NCBI GenBank assembly: GCA_010093605.1
Contig: MU004202.1
Span: 383,560 to 447,559, forward strand
Reading direction: 5' to 3'
Length of the DNA: 64,000 bases
From: Lophium mytilinum
Taxonomy: Eukaryota
In this document: one piece after another, positions 1 through 11,151 of the stretch
Layout of the letters: every line of letters begins with the position of its first letter
How positions within the stretch are numbered: position 1 is the first letter of the stretch
Notes under the pieces: model-generated
Seen by the model: only the letters and a program-made list of their open reading frames with translations
Told to the model about the DNA's origin: nothing
Databases searched by the model: none
Translations under genes and position numbers: made by a program

Positions 1-1853
1 GGACCGATCTTGAATCTTATCCCAAACTGCTTTGAAGATCATTCTGATAAGCTTCAGCTAGGTTTTACGATGCTCCGAGGAGTCCAATTGGACTCCATGG
101 GCGAAAGGGGATATTGTATCAAGCTATACGGAAGGATCGTGCTCTCTGCCTTATTTTTCCGAAGATGCGTTCCAATTTTGAAGATTAGAAAGGATCGTGA
201 TGAATTACATGGTCATAAAAACGAAGCACCGAGTGCAGCACATGGCTTTTATTGAAGATGGGGTGGAATGCCGTGCTCAGCACAACGGTGCCGTGCAACC
301 GCTCTCCTTTTTCTCCGTTGCGAGATCCAACACTGAAACCCACTTGTGCATTGTGGCGTCTGCAAGAAGGCGTATAATTAGCCTCATCCCTGGACCCACC
401 GCTACTCGGCAGATAGCAATCTTAATACTCTTGGCGAAATGTCACGACGGGCCGAAGCGGAGCTGAAGGAAAGAGTACGATGTTCAAAGCCATACACGAG
501 CGTAAATGGGGGTTCTCATCTTTTTATACGCAGTATACGGAAGCTGAGATGCAGCTTGGAATAAGATAACCCCGGTATGTGCATCTGGGTGACGGGCCCA
601 GCAGAGGGCCCGCACCTAGCGGGTCGGGGCAACACTCCGATTGCTTATTTTGACCTCCAATAAGGCCTCGTCTCATCTTATGCATGCATCCAAGGCTGGC
701 AGCTAACGGCGCGTCAACTGGACCATTCGGATAAAGCGGGACGAATGCTATTTGTGCTGTGAAGGTCGCGCTGGGGATGGGCAGCCGACATCAGAACAAC
801 TCATCAGCACCCTGCTGTGTGTCATGCTCCTGATCAGCAACCTCTCACCGACAGCCTGCCGACTCTTGCGTACCCAGGACCGTACGGCTGTCAGGTGGAC
901 GAAGGCATCAGCATCGGCGTGGAGTCGTGCTCGCGACAACCAAGCTGCCGAGGGTGGAATGGAACAGGTCGGCAACCTCCACGCTGCACCAAGAGATTAA
1001 CGGCGCCGAGAGCGCCCAAAGCACTCGGGATCGTGCCCATCTGCCAGTCAGAGCGGTCGATTTCAGCCCGCCAAGCAGGACTGATGGCCGCCTTGCCGCC
1101 CGCGACTCTCTCGCGTTTTTCCCTTCACACGACCCACGACTCGTATCCCGCAATCTCTGCAGCCAGGGTCGGTCGCGCAGCCACACCTCACGGCGTCGAA
1201 CAACACCACCTGGGCAGAGCAGCAGCACAAGAAACGGGCACCTGCGGAGCACAGCCTGCGGTGCGTGGTTGGGCTCTGCGATATGCTGCCGTCCTGAAGT
1301 GCAGAAAGGGGCCCGTGACCCCATGTCTTGCCTGCATTCACGAAAAAGGCTGCAACCCCTGGCCCCCCCTCGGTGCTGTCGACTCACCAACAGCCTCGCC
1401 GGGCGCCGCGGCTAGGCTGTATCCAGGGCTGATAGCAGAGGCGGGGCCGTGTCATGGGTCTCGAAGCTGTGATGGGCTGCGCGTGGCGTGCATAGCGGAG
1501 CGAGATTGGGAAGCGCGAGATGATACGAAGGGCTGAGGGACGCAGGCTTGGGACCATGGCGTTTCTTGCTGGTGAGAGCCAGAGCGCAGGGGGTGCCGAC
1601 AAAGAATGTTGGGGGCTTATATAGCTATCGGGCGATGCTCCTCACAGCTTCTTCTTCCCTCTATCCTCGACAGCTACCATTCGATCTTCAACCCTTTTAA
1701 TCCGCAACCTATTCTAATATCTATTCACTCCTTCTCTTCAAGGTACGAACCCCTGATATTCGCTGCTAAAGCTATCTGCTCTTCGCTGTAGCTGTCAGAA
1801 TCTTGCTGCCTCATAACTCATCTGACACCTCCCAGCTCTCCCAATTCCACGAA

Positions 1854-2129
1854 ATGGCTGTCACCAAGGAAGACGTTCTCCACCACGAGGATGCTGCCAA
1901 GCACTCCGGCACCGCCGCTGAGACTTTCGCGAAGAAGGCCGGCCTCGGCGCCTTCAGCAAGCAGATCGGCGAGTTCGTGAAGAAGCTCGTTGGCAAGAAG
2001 CAGAAGGCTGCCATCGACGCCAAGGCCAAGAAGGAGGGCATCACCCCCGAGGCTGAGGTCGCCGCCGCCGGTGCTCCTGCTCCCGCTGCTGCCCCGGCTG
2101 CTGCCCCGGCCCCGGCTATTGCTACTTAG
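1854..2129 (+). CDS. Small (91 aa) Lys/Ala-rich protein with an amphipathic helix and Ala/Pro tail, function unknown
   Basis: ATG at 1854 in gaaATGg context. Extreme C/G-ending codon bias (AAG, GCC, GAG). TATA-like cttatatag at ~1617 and a probable 5'UTR intron (gtacga 1743 ... ctgac ... cccag 1835). Confidence 0.75.
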   Translation: MAVTKEDVLHHEDAAKHSGTAAETFAKKAGLGAFSKQIGEFVKKLVGKKQKAAIDAKAKKEGITPEAEVAAAGAPAPAAAPAAAPAPAIAT

Positions 2130-3253
2130 ATGAAGGATTGAAGAGGTTGTTGTGCTGGTCAGTTGCTCTTCCTATACTACTATCAAATGCTTCGCTAATA
2201 CTGTATCAGATACTGCTCTACTTTGAATTCGAAAGCCATGTCTCTCCACCAGGGCCGCCATGTATTTTTGTCGACACAAGCGATCAGTATCAGCAGGAGT
2301 AATGGGAAGCAGGAAGGAGAACGCGCGAGGGAGTCTTTGATACCATAATACCCAAATCGGTTTTGCGCGGGAGAATACACAAGATCTACGGATCGTTGTT
2401 CTGAAGAATTTCGTCCTCTTTGCTTCCTTTGACGTGCTTTTGCTGGTGACTAACACCATCGCTTCGCCTTCAGGGTCCGCTTCGCTTCGTTCGCGCCCTT
2501 GCTTCCCGCGAAGGATGCCGATCGTGGGTCCGCCCGGGTTGATATTGGGTGCTCGGACCACCGATCTTTATTGATTTTCGCAATGCACGCGACGCGTGCT
2601 GCACTGGTCTCATGTTTCCGGCTCTGTTCCGACCCGATGTCACGGGTCTCCGAGCATTTGAGGAAAGAATCCGAGGAGGGTTTCACAGGATGAGACCTGG
2701 CACGTGGGATGAACTTGTTCATAGCGGCGGGATCTTGAACCTACAGTGTCGTTGAAAGTTCTTTGGGGTTGGATAGCAGCAAAACCACTTCTCCGCATTC
2801 AACGGACTGGTATAGTAGTATGAAAGACTGATGATGCTAGTCTACACTGCATTCCCATAGTTACCGCCATCACAAGATCGAAAAGACAGTCATATCCATT
2901 GAATCGTTCTCATACCCTTCAACTCTCACATTCTCCAAAAACCTTCCTCACCGAATTCACCCATCGAATATCAGACTCCATTCGGAGACGCGCCGTCGCG
3001 TATTTGCACTCATACCTCCCCTTCTGCTCAAGCAATGAGCATTTAGCATTTGACGTCTGAACCACTCATCGTCCGCCGTCTTGGACGTTGTTCAATCATC
3101 TGATCATCCATTTCTTTGAACCGTCCGTCCGCCCGCTACTAGCTTCGGTAGTACCGCTTTTCCCTCTTGCTACTCTCCCACAACCCTGTTTACAAGCTTG
3201 CTATCTTTTCTCCTCATACTCGTTGCTCTTTTATGTCGAAGGAGCTGGTTTGT

Positions 3254-3292
3254 CACGTGCACTGCACGTGGCCGCCCCGTGCAAGTCACGTG
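3254..3292. promoter_or_regulatory. Cluster of three CACGTG E-boxes (two as TCACGTG) upstream of the FMO gene
   Basis: CACGTG at 3254, 3265 and 3287, about 550 bp upstream of the ATG; matches the bHLH (Cbf1/Pho4/SREBP-type) core. Function not shown. Confidence 0.35.
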
Positions 3293-3841
3293 GCGGTCTC
3301 CGCGTCTGTTTCTGAATGTTGATAAAATAGTATAAGCTTTCTTTCCGTATAGCTCTCGGGTCCCAAAGTGTTCAATGGAGCGCTTTGCGTTTTCTTTTGC
3401 CGCCTTTTGTTTCAGCTTCAAACGTCTCAACAAGAAAACCGTCTATCATGTTGAGCAATCTGGAAGCCCGTCAGGCGACTTCAAATAAGGAAATGTAAGA
3501 AAGAAGACCAACATCAATCTGTCACTAATCATGGAACATCATGAACCGACTGCTTCTTTATTAAGGTCGTCGTCAGTCCGTATGCCGCCTAGTGCTTACT
3601 ACCGCAGGCTACCTAGGTAGCTTGATCGACCGACACTATGTAAGGTCTATGGGCGCCCCACCTCTCTCGTCTGACCTTGTTCCCCATTACGTCCTTTTAC
3701 GAGATATTCAACTCACGACAATGCGTACTATCTGAATTCTGTATACATACTCCGACATCGGCAGGCTTGAATTCCTCACATTTCTTCTTATTCTGAATTC
3801 TCTACGTTATTTCTCTATCCTTCCTCATTCTCAACTGTATC

Positions 3842-5443
3842 ATGCCGCCCTCTCCCCAAAAGCCTCCTTCTGAAACCAAAGTTGCCGTAATAGGCGGCGG
3901 CCCCCAAGGCCTGTGTGCCCTCAAGAACCTCCTCGAAATAGGCTTCGATGCCATTCTACTCGAGCAACGTGACCGTATCGGCGGGCTGTGGGCGTATTCC
4001 GACGATCCCAACACCGTCACCGTGTTAGAAAGCACTTTAGCAAACGTTAGCAAGTACAAGAACTGCTACAGCGACTTCCCAATCGGGAAAGACGAGCCCG
4101 TGTACTACACCCAAGCCCAATTCCTAGATTACCTAGAGCGTTACGCCGACTCGTTCAACCTCCGCCCCCAAACCCAACTAAACACAACCGTCTTAAGCAT
4201 CTCAAAGTCAAACCCGCATGGCTGGACCATCAAGACCCAGAACTCTTCACAAGAAACATTCTCACATTTCGACAAAGTCGTCCTAGCAACCGGCGCCTAC
4301 CACACCCCCTCCATCCCCACCCTCCCAAACGCCCCCCTCTTCACCGGCCAGATCCTCCATTCCAGCGCCTTCAAGCACCCCGCCTCCTTCATCAACAAAC
4401 GCGTCCTCGTTGTCGGCTTCAGCAACACCGCCGCTGACATCTGCGCCGAGCTCGTCGCGCACCACGCCGCCTCGGTCCTCGTCTCCCACCGCCGCGGCAT
4501 CCACGTCCTCCCGCGCATCGTGAACAACAAACCCGTCGACCTTTTCGCCTCCCGCCGCGTCGCCAGCATCGGCGCCGCCATCGCCGCGCTCGCGCCCGTG
4601 AAGTCGCTCGGGCTCGTCGAGAAAGCGGTTGCGGATCTTAGCGAGAAATGCTGGGAGTTGGATCCGGCGTGGGGGTTCCGGCCCGCGCCGCCGCGGATCA
4701 CGAATCGGGTTATGTTGTCAGATACGTTTGTGCCGCAGCTGCGCGATGGGTCTCTCAAGTCTGTTGCGAATGTTAAGCAGATCGTGGATGGGGAGACGGT
4801 GGAGTTGGAGGATGGGGCGCGTGTTGTGGTTGATGCGATTGTGTTTTGTACGGGGTATCATCGGCGGGATCCGCAGTTCTTGGCTGAGATATTAGGGGGT
4901 GAGGAGGGGGGTTTGGTGCCGCATCGGTTGTATCAGAATATCTTCCCGCCGAAATATGCGGAGTCGGTTGCTGTGTTGGATAGCTGGCAGCTTGGGAGCG
5001 GGATTTGTGAGGTGGCGGATTTGGCGTGTATGGCTGTCGCGCAGGTGTTCAAGGGGGCGTTTGAAATGCCTGAGGAAGATTGCATGAATAAAGAGATTGA
5101 TGCGCATCATCGATGGGTGGATATGGTGCTAAGCAAAGAGCCGGCGGCGGCGCCGAAGGTGGTGCAGGAGGGGAAGTGGAGAGCATGGTTGCATGCGGCG
5201 GCGGGGACGGGGGTCAACGAGAACCTGGGGTATGGGTGGAAGGGGTGGTGGTTTTGGGTGTGGCAGCCGAGGTGGTGTAGTCTGCTCATGGGTGGAATCG
5301 ATTCGCCGTATATTGCGCGGCTGTTTGAGAGGAGGAGGAGGAAATGGGAAGGGGCAGGGAGGGCGATCGTGGAGGCGAATGAGGATTTGGAGAGGAGGTT
5401 TGGGAAGGGGCATGAGGGAAAAGGTGGGAAGAAGATAAAGTGA
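3842..5443 (+). CDS. Flavin-containing monooxygenase (FMO-like, class B flavoprotein monooxygenase)
   Basis: Intronless 533 aa ORF. FAD Rossmann motif VIGGGPQG, GGLW, FMO fingerprint FTGQILHSSAFK, NADPH motif VVGFSNTAAD, DAIVFCTGY. Confidence 0.93.
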   Translation: MPPSPQKPPSETKVAVIGGGPQGLCALKNLLEIGFDAILLEQRDRIGGLWAYSDDPNTVTVLESTLANVSKYKNCYSDFPIGKDEPVYYTQAQFLDYLERYADSFNLRPQTQLNTTVLSISKSNPHGWTIKTQNSSQETFSHFDKVVLATGAYHTPSIPTLPNAPLFTGQILHSSAFKHPASFINKRVLVVGFSNTAADICAELVAHHAASVLVSHRRGIHVLPRIVNNKPVDLFASRRVASIGAAIAALAPVKSLGLVEKAVADLSEKCWELDPAWGFRPAPPRITNRVMLSDTFVPQLRDGSLKSVANVKQIVDGETVELEDGARVVVDAIVFCTGYHRRDPQFLAEILGGEEGGLVPHRLYQNIFPPKYAESVAVLDSWQLGSGICEVADLACMAVAQVFKGAFEMPEEDCMNKEIDAHHRWVDMVLSKEPAAAPKVVQEGKWRAWLHAAAGTGVNENLGYGWKGWWFWVWQPRWCSLLMGGIDSPYIARLFERRRRKWEGAGRAIVEANEDLERRFGKGHEGKGGKKIK

Positions 5444-5701
5444 ACAGATCTGATATCTTGTCGTAAATCTGCAATTACGCCCATTTTTACTGCTTGTAGT
5501 CTTTCAACATGTCAAGGGAGTATATATAGAGTAATGTGCCACTACTCTGAGGTATGCGCAGAGAGTCGTCACGTGACCCAAAATGCTTAATCTTACCACT
5601 TGTCCTGTCGTAAGCTCTTCTTATATTAGCACCCACGGATACAATGCTATGCCAATACAACAGTTTCAAATCATCAGTATGTACCCACTCACTTACCACT
5701 A

Positions 5702-5928
5702 CAGTGACAGGCCACAAGTCTGGGCACACTGACACGCCACTGCCTGGGGTACCCCCACAGGGTTTCGGAGACATAAGGGCGATGTCAAGCTTCAAGCAGT
5801 ACAGATTAGACATCCTCTTGACGTATTGCCTGTTCAGCAACCAGGCTACCCCGAACAGTGGTGTTGAGCGGGCAAGGTGGAGCCGAGCTGTAGTGAGTCC
5901 GTGTGCCCAGACTTGTGGCCTAGGACTG
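5702..5928 (+). mobile_element. 227-bp non-autonomous DNA transposon (MITE; Tc1/mariner-type CAGT...ACTG ends, TA target duplication), copy A
   Basis: Terminal inverted repeats cagtgacaggccacaagtctgggcac and gtgcccagacttgtggcctaggactg. TA at 5700-5701 and 5929-5930. Homologous over its full length to 11275-11501 in reverse orientation. Confidence 0.88.
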
Positions 5929-6102
5929 TACATAGGGCAATCCCGAGTGCCCTCAAAGGTAAGCTACGAAGCTAAGTTTTATACTGCGTAAATGCTCCTG
6001 ATAATGGTAGCTAACTACTATCGTTGTACCTAAATAGTAACATAACCGTACACCGTGTGTTAAGGCTTACAACTCAACGCTAAAACGTACAGAATAGTGC
6101 CT

Positions 6103-7540
6103 TCAACGAGTATTGTAAGTAAAGTCTCGCCCAGCATTCACATTCCCGATAAAAACGGCTCCTCCGCCCGATGACACGGCTCTCCTCTCGTTCTGCGGTG
6201 TCTTCCGTGTGTCTTCCTCCCGAGGCTGACTAGCATCTACCTCTTCGGGTGCTGAATTAGGCTCCGGTTCATCCTCGCTCTGTATCTGTGATTGGACCGG
6301 AGCCGCTGCCACCTCCGGCTTCTTTTTAGGTACCGCATCCGCCCACAGCCACAGTTGATCGCGAACTCGGATGTATCCAGCATCCATTTCGCCGCTAAAC
6401 TTCGTCATTTCAGAGTGATTTTGATGTATACTGGCGTTGGGGTAGTCTGGTAGGATGGCGGATTGGCGGGGAACGATCTGGTTCATAGTTAGCTCTTCCT
6501 TTGATGCTGTGTATTGATTCCTCTATATCGTTCCGAAAGCTTCACGTAGTCATCTCTACACCAGGTAAAGGCTTGACACGGCTCGACCCGAGCAGTGCGT
6601 AGTCCTGGTCATAAAGGAGGGGGTGTTTACGTACGTCGCCGATGCCTGGGTAAGACAGCTCTTCGTAGAAGCAGAATATATCGATCCACATCCCATCGTT
6701 CCTCCTTCTATCCTCTATCATGGTATGGAACTCTTGTTGAAGATTCGCTAGCATCTCTGATCCAGGGCTCAAAACCGCGACTATCTCTTTATTTGTCTTC
6801 CGCAGCAGGTTCGAAAGACGGGTGATCGGGCGTGCCCAATCGGCTTTGCTTGATCCAAGGTGCGGCGTGCCAATGAAAGCTATGGCAATGGTGCTTGGCA
6901 GAAGCGATTTCACGTACAGTTGCGAAGAGCCGCGAGCAATAAGCATTGCCTGCTCAACAACGAGCCCCCCAAGGCTATGGGCGACGAAGATGATTGGACG
7001 GTCGCTCTATTTCAATTAATGTTACATCATTCAAAACATATTGTTTCTTGCTCACTGATTGAGTCCGTATTCTGCGCATCGAGAGATCTTGAGCCAGGGA
7101 CTTGCCATGGTCGCGGATAGTATTCGAACCAGCAGTATTCAGAACGCGGATGACATCTGCGTCATATCCAAACGCGAGGATGCGCGCATATGGAAGTTCT
7201 TTAGTGAGGAGATCTCGGGGCCAATAGAGGGTTTTGTTGTATGTCCACGTCGTTTCGCGATTCCCGGTGAGGCCGTGGACGAAGACAATGCTGAGAGGAG
7301 TGTTAAAAAGACTTCATATATGTGACCGCATTGAAGAGAAGGGGTTGGCTACTCTACAGTATCTTGGTCGCTTTCTGCTAATGTTTTGAGTCCATGTTCT
7401 CCTGCGGTAGAGAACAGCGGCACGGGTGGTTCAGTTGGTTCGTGTTGATATTCCTCTTCCGGTTTCTTTTCCCCTTGCGGGGCTTCATCCTTTTGCGGCT
7501 TTTTACCCTTATTTCGGCCGAAAACGTCCCATACTGGCAT
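6103..7540 (-). CDS. SesB/SERAC1-like alpha/beta hydrolase (putative lipase) with a disordered linker and a C-terminal candidate amyloid motif
   Basis: Four exons (7353-7540, 7056-7290, 6635-7006, 6103-6477) splice in frame to ~389 aa. Motifs DIVFVHGLTG, WPRDLL, ARILAFGYDA, RPIIFVAHSLGGLVV, FIGTPHLGS, CFYEEL and IHQNHSEMTKF are typical of the SesB-type fungal NLR effector hydrolase domain. Confidence 0.88.
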
Positions 7541-8512
7541 TTTCCAATGTACAGACCTAGGATAGTACCGTTCGTGCTCCACAGATCCTTGTCAAGTCAC
7601 AAAATGGGGAAAGAGACCCTCTGTATCTTGGATTTGAACGGTTTTAGACTTGCTCGTCGGAAGGTCAGCTTCTTATGTTCAGATAAGACTGTCCGTGCCA
7701 GTCTTCAGGCTGCGGCTCAAGGCGGGGTACAAAAGTAAGGCTTGCCTAAATATAAAGTGGTAGCCTAACGATGTCGGAGGTGGACGAGAGAGCTATCAGG
7801 CTTTCCAAAGTTATTGCATTAAACGTCTGCGTTATATAGCAGAGGACATCCAGCACTGCCAGAGTTTTACACTACTTTGCTAAATGATATCTCAAGATCA
7901 AGTCTCCGGACTAGTAGAATGCCACTTTTGTGTTGACGGGAGCCTGGGGCTGAGCCCGATTCTATGACGTGCATGGCGCTCAGCCGCACCCTTCATCAAT
8001 AACAACCTTCACGAATCCATCGCAACGCCTATATGACCAGACGACGTTGCAGCACGTGTAAAGATATCTTAGATGTTTGAAACAGATATAGGCTAGTCTT
8101 TATCCTAACGGATGGCTCAAGTAGCGGTTGAAAGCGGGGGTGGTGCGGTGTTCCAAGGGGACATCTCCGCAGGCAGAGATATTACCATTAGTGAGTGCAA
8201 AGCTGAGAAAAGGCCTCGAAAATGCATCAGTGTTTAGGAATGTCTGTTTAAGTGACAGACTTTCGCTAGAGTTTAGGCGCACGGATATACCACCGCTCGG
8301 CCTCTACTTCTGCTCCTACGATATCACCGTGAAGAGTACTTCAGCTAGCACGCAGCGGGTCACTTAAGAGACAGTCCGATCTTCACTGCGCAAACCCTTG
8401 CAGTGCGTTCGGGGTCTCAAGAGCCCGTAGAGTCCGCCCGAGCAGCGATAAATCAGAAGTGCCCATACTTTTGGCAAGACATTATACTCGGAGGCCCTTT
8501 GCCGAGTCATGA

Positions 8513-11009
8513 ATGTCTGAACTCGCTGACCTCGTCCGCCAGATCATATCACGGAGATACGGCAAGTCACAGAACATCTATACAACCGTTCCGGTGCTGT
8601 AGAAGATGTCTCGGATCAGCTGCTTGGCCGTTTAGATGTGCTGAACATGACCGCGGAGCTTGTCGAAGAATACGCAAAGGACGTCCAAGCCAGTGTTCCA
8701 CCAGACGAACCTCGACTGCAAATAATCTTCCGGGAATGCGCCTCAATCCTGTCAGACCTGCGCCGACTTGGAGCTTTGATTGAAGCTGACGGCAATGGGA
8801 ATAGTTCAGATAGTACTCGGCATCCCAGCTTCTCGATCAATGAAGAGATAATGGACGTCAGATCTAGACTGATGAGTCTTCAATTCAACCTCAGTCATGT
8901 TCACAACAGAAAAAAAGCAGAGGAAAGAGCGAAGGATAACGATACGATCAAGAAAGTGGTTACCGAGCTCATGAACGGCCCCGCAAATGCAGACGACACA
9001 TCGTCTATCCGGACCTTCTACACGGCATCATCAATCCCTTACGTAGAAAGAAAAATGTGGGGAGAGGTCGAGAGAGCTTTACGCTCACGTTTCACAGTGG
9101 AATTCGTGCGGGACAATTATGCCTTGATCGTGGCCACAGTCGAAGAAACCGTTTGGGAAAAAACCACGTTTGAATCGGTAGACATCGTACGTGTCAACAC
9201 CGCTGGCAGTTTTGAATCGTTAGATACCACTCCACCTGAATCTGCTTCGTCATACGATTACTTCAGAGGAAGCAGGCGTGGCGGGGCCGATAAGACGGGA
9301 CGTAGCTGGGCGAGCAGTGTTGATGACCATGACGGCGAGCGCCTGTTGACTCTCGGTTCGTAACTCCGCCGTCATCTTGTTGCTTATAACTTACATTTTT
9401 ATAAGATGGAGGAGGAGTGCGGTCTTACTCTAGCGTGCTCATCATTCAGGAGCTCATAAACGAGATCGCACGATACGAAGATATTTTTGAGAAAGAATTC
9501 ACATTCTACCCTCGAAAATTCGACCCTAGGAGCCTCCGGCCATGTCACTACTTCGACAAGATGTATGGTACATCGACTGGAGGGTGAGTACGCCTGATTT
9601 TTACACTGTCTCGAAGTCTTATAGTAAACGCTTTATTGACTTCCCAATTGACGTTACCGATTCTTTACTTGAGTTCACTATCTATGCTTTAGATACTTAG
9701 CTAAGACCTGTCTTCAGAATATTGGCCATAGCCCTCAGTCGCCTCCGAATGACCGTTCCTGAAACGATTGGCGCGTTTCGCAGGCTTGTTACCGCTATGT
9801 TCACGAATAGCCGAAGCGCGATTCCTCTCGCCACAAAGTACAATCACAGGCCTTTCGAAAACACTCTCGAGGAAATGGTTCAGTTTTACTGCAAACAGCA
9901 CCGATCAGGTACTTGCAACCGCACAGAACAGTTTCCATGGGAATCAGCGGAGGATCACGATACAGACCCACTTTGCCAAACGTAAGTGTATCAGCTTTCC
10001 TCTAGAAGCGATTATCAGCCATGCCCTAGGAGATTAGAACGCTAACCAGGGGAGCTTTGCTTGCCGAGGGAGGTATGATTTGCACACTCTCAGTATGATG
10101 TTGACTTCTTGTAGGATATGTCTGACCAGTGACGCACCCGCCACCGGCATATCCGAGGCGTATCTTCTCCGCACCTACGATCATACATACTTTCAGGCTC
10201 CCAGCTGGGTAACACAGTACAATAGCGGGGTGGCTGATATGTCCATCGGGCAAGTTGCTCGAGCAACGACTGCTACACCCTTTTACTTCAAGCCGGTTCA
10301 AGCATTCATTGGCGACCCGCCAGTCCTCACTACACTCAAAGACGGTGGTATTAGAGAGAACAACCCAAGTGCCTGCGCATGGATGGAGAACGCGTCGTTC
10401 CACGGAAATGACGCAAGACCAAGTGTTCTTCTGTCCATTGGCGCAGGCAAATTCAAACCCCAATCAGAGGGAGGGTCATCGTCTCGAACCCAACAGTACG
10501 CAAAGCGATTCGCTGGGTTCATAAGCGTTTTCCTCCAAGCGGTGGAGGGGGAGGAGAGGCATAAAGTAATGCGGACCCTCGCTGGAGGCGACCACACTTG
10601 GTACAAGCGCCTCAACGTCACCACCGGTCTTGAAAACATCAAACTCGATACGTGGGAGTCAGGATTATGGGAACCCCTAGGAAGCGATGGACGGAGTAAA
10701 AATTATCGTGGAGGAAAGACGATGAACAGGATACAGATTGCGACAGAGGCATACCTAAATGATGATGCGCACCTAAATGAAGATGCGATCGGAGAGATCT
10801 CGCCAAGAGAAATGTTGAAGCAGACTGCAGAGAAACTGGTTCGATCCCGGAGGGCTCGGGAGTTCGAGGCTATGACGGAAGGTGGCGAGAAACGTGAGCG
10901 ATGGGAGACGTACATGGGCAAGCATCTCGCTGGCGAGCGAGACTTTTTCCAGGAATACCTGGCGCAGTGGGACTATGCATTGCTGGGTCGAAAGGAACAA
11001 CACGACTAG
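8513..11009 (+). CDS. Patatin-like phospholipase with an N-terminal helical (HeLo/SesA-like?) domain
   Basis: Introns 9356-9405, 9584-9717 and 9982-10114 give LLTL-DGGGVRS, nucleophile GTSTGG, ARATTATPFYF and catalytic DGG (LKDGGIRENNP). The 5' end is uncertain: ATG 8513 is out of frame with the main ORF, there is a possible acceptor at 8542, and an in-frame ATG at 8647. Confidence 0.82.
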
Positions 11010-11151
11010 ACGGCGTTGAAAACTCGAAGCGCGTAACGGCTGTTGCAAAGACACGAATCCCGAAGCCTTGATATGGGGACGGTCATATGAACGACTGCAG
11101 CCTTCAATATCAGTCCCCATCCATACTATGAAGTTAACGCTGCCACTTATT

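Noticed and set aside
748..1602. Overlapping ORFs of up to 239 aa on both strands
   Set aside because: No motifs, no codon bias and mostly non-ATG starts. More likely GC-rich promoter DNA of the small gene at 1854.
2040..2129. Ala/Pro tail resembling the hinge of 60S acidic ribosomal P1/P2 proteins
   Set aside because: Lacks the conserved acidic C-terminal EESDDDMGFGLF motif and the P-protein N-terminal domain.
4405..4445. Non-canonical second Rossmann motif in the FMO (GFSNTA rather than GxGNS/TG)
   Set aside because: This motif varies among fungal FMOs and all other motifs are intact, so it is not evidence of inactivity.
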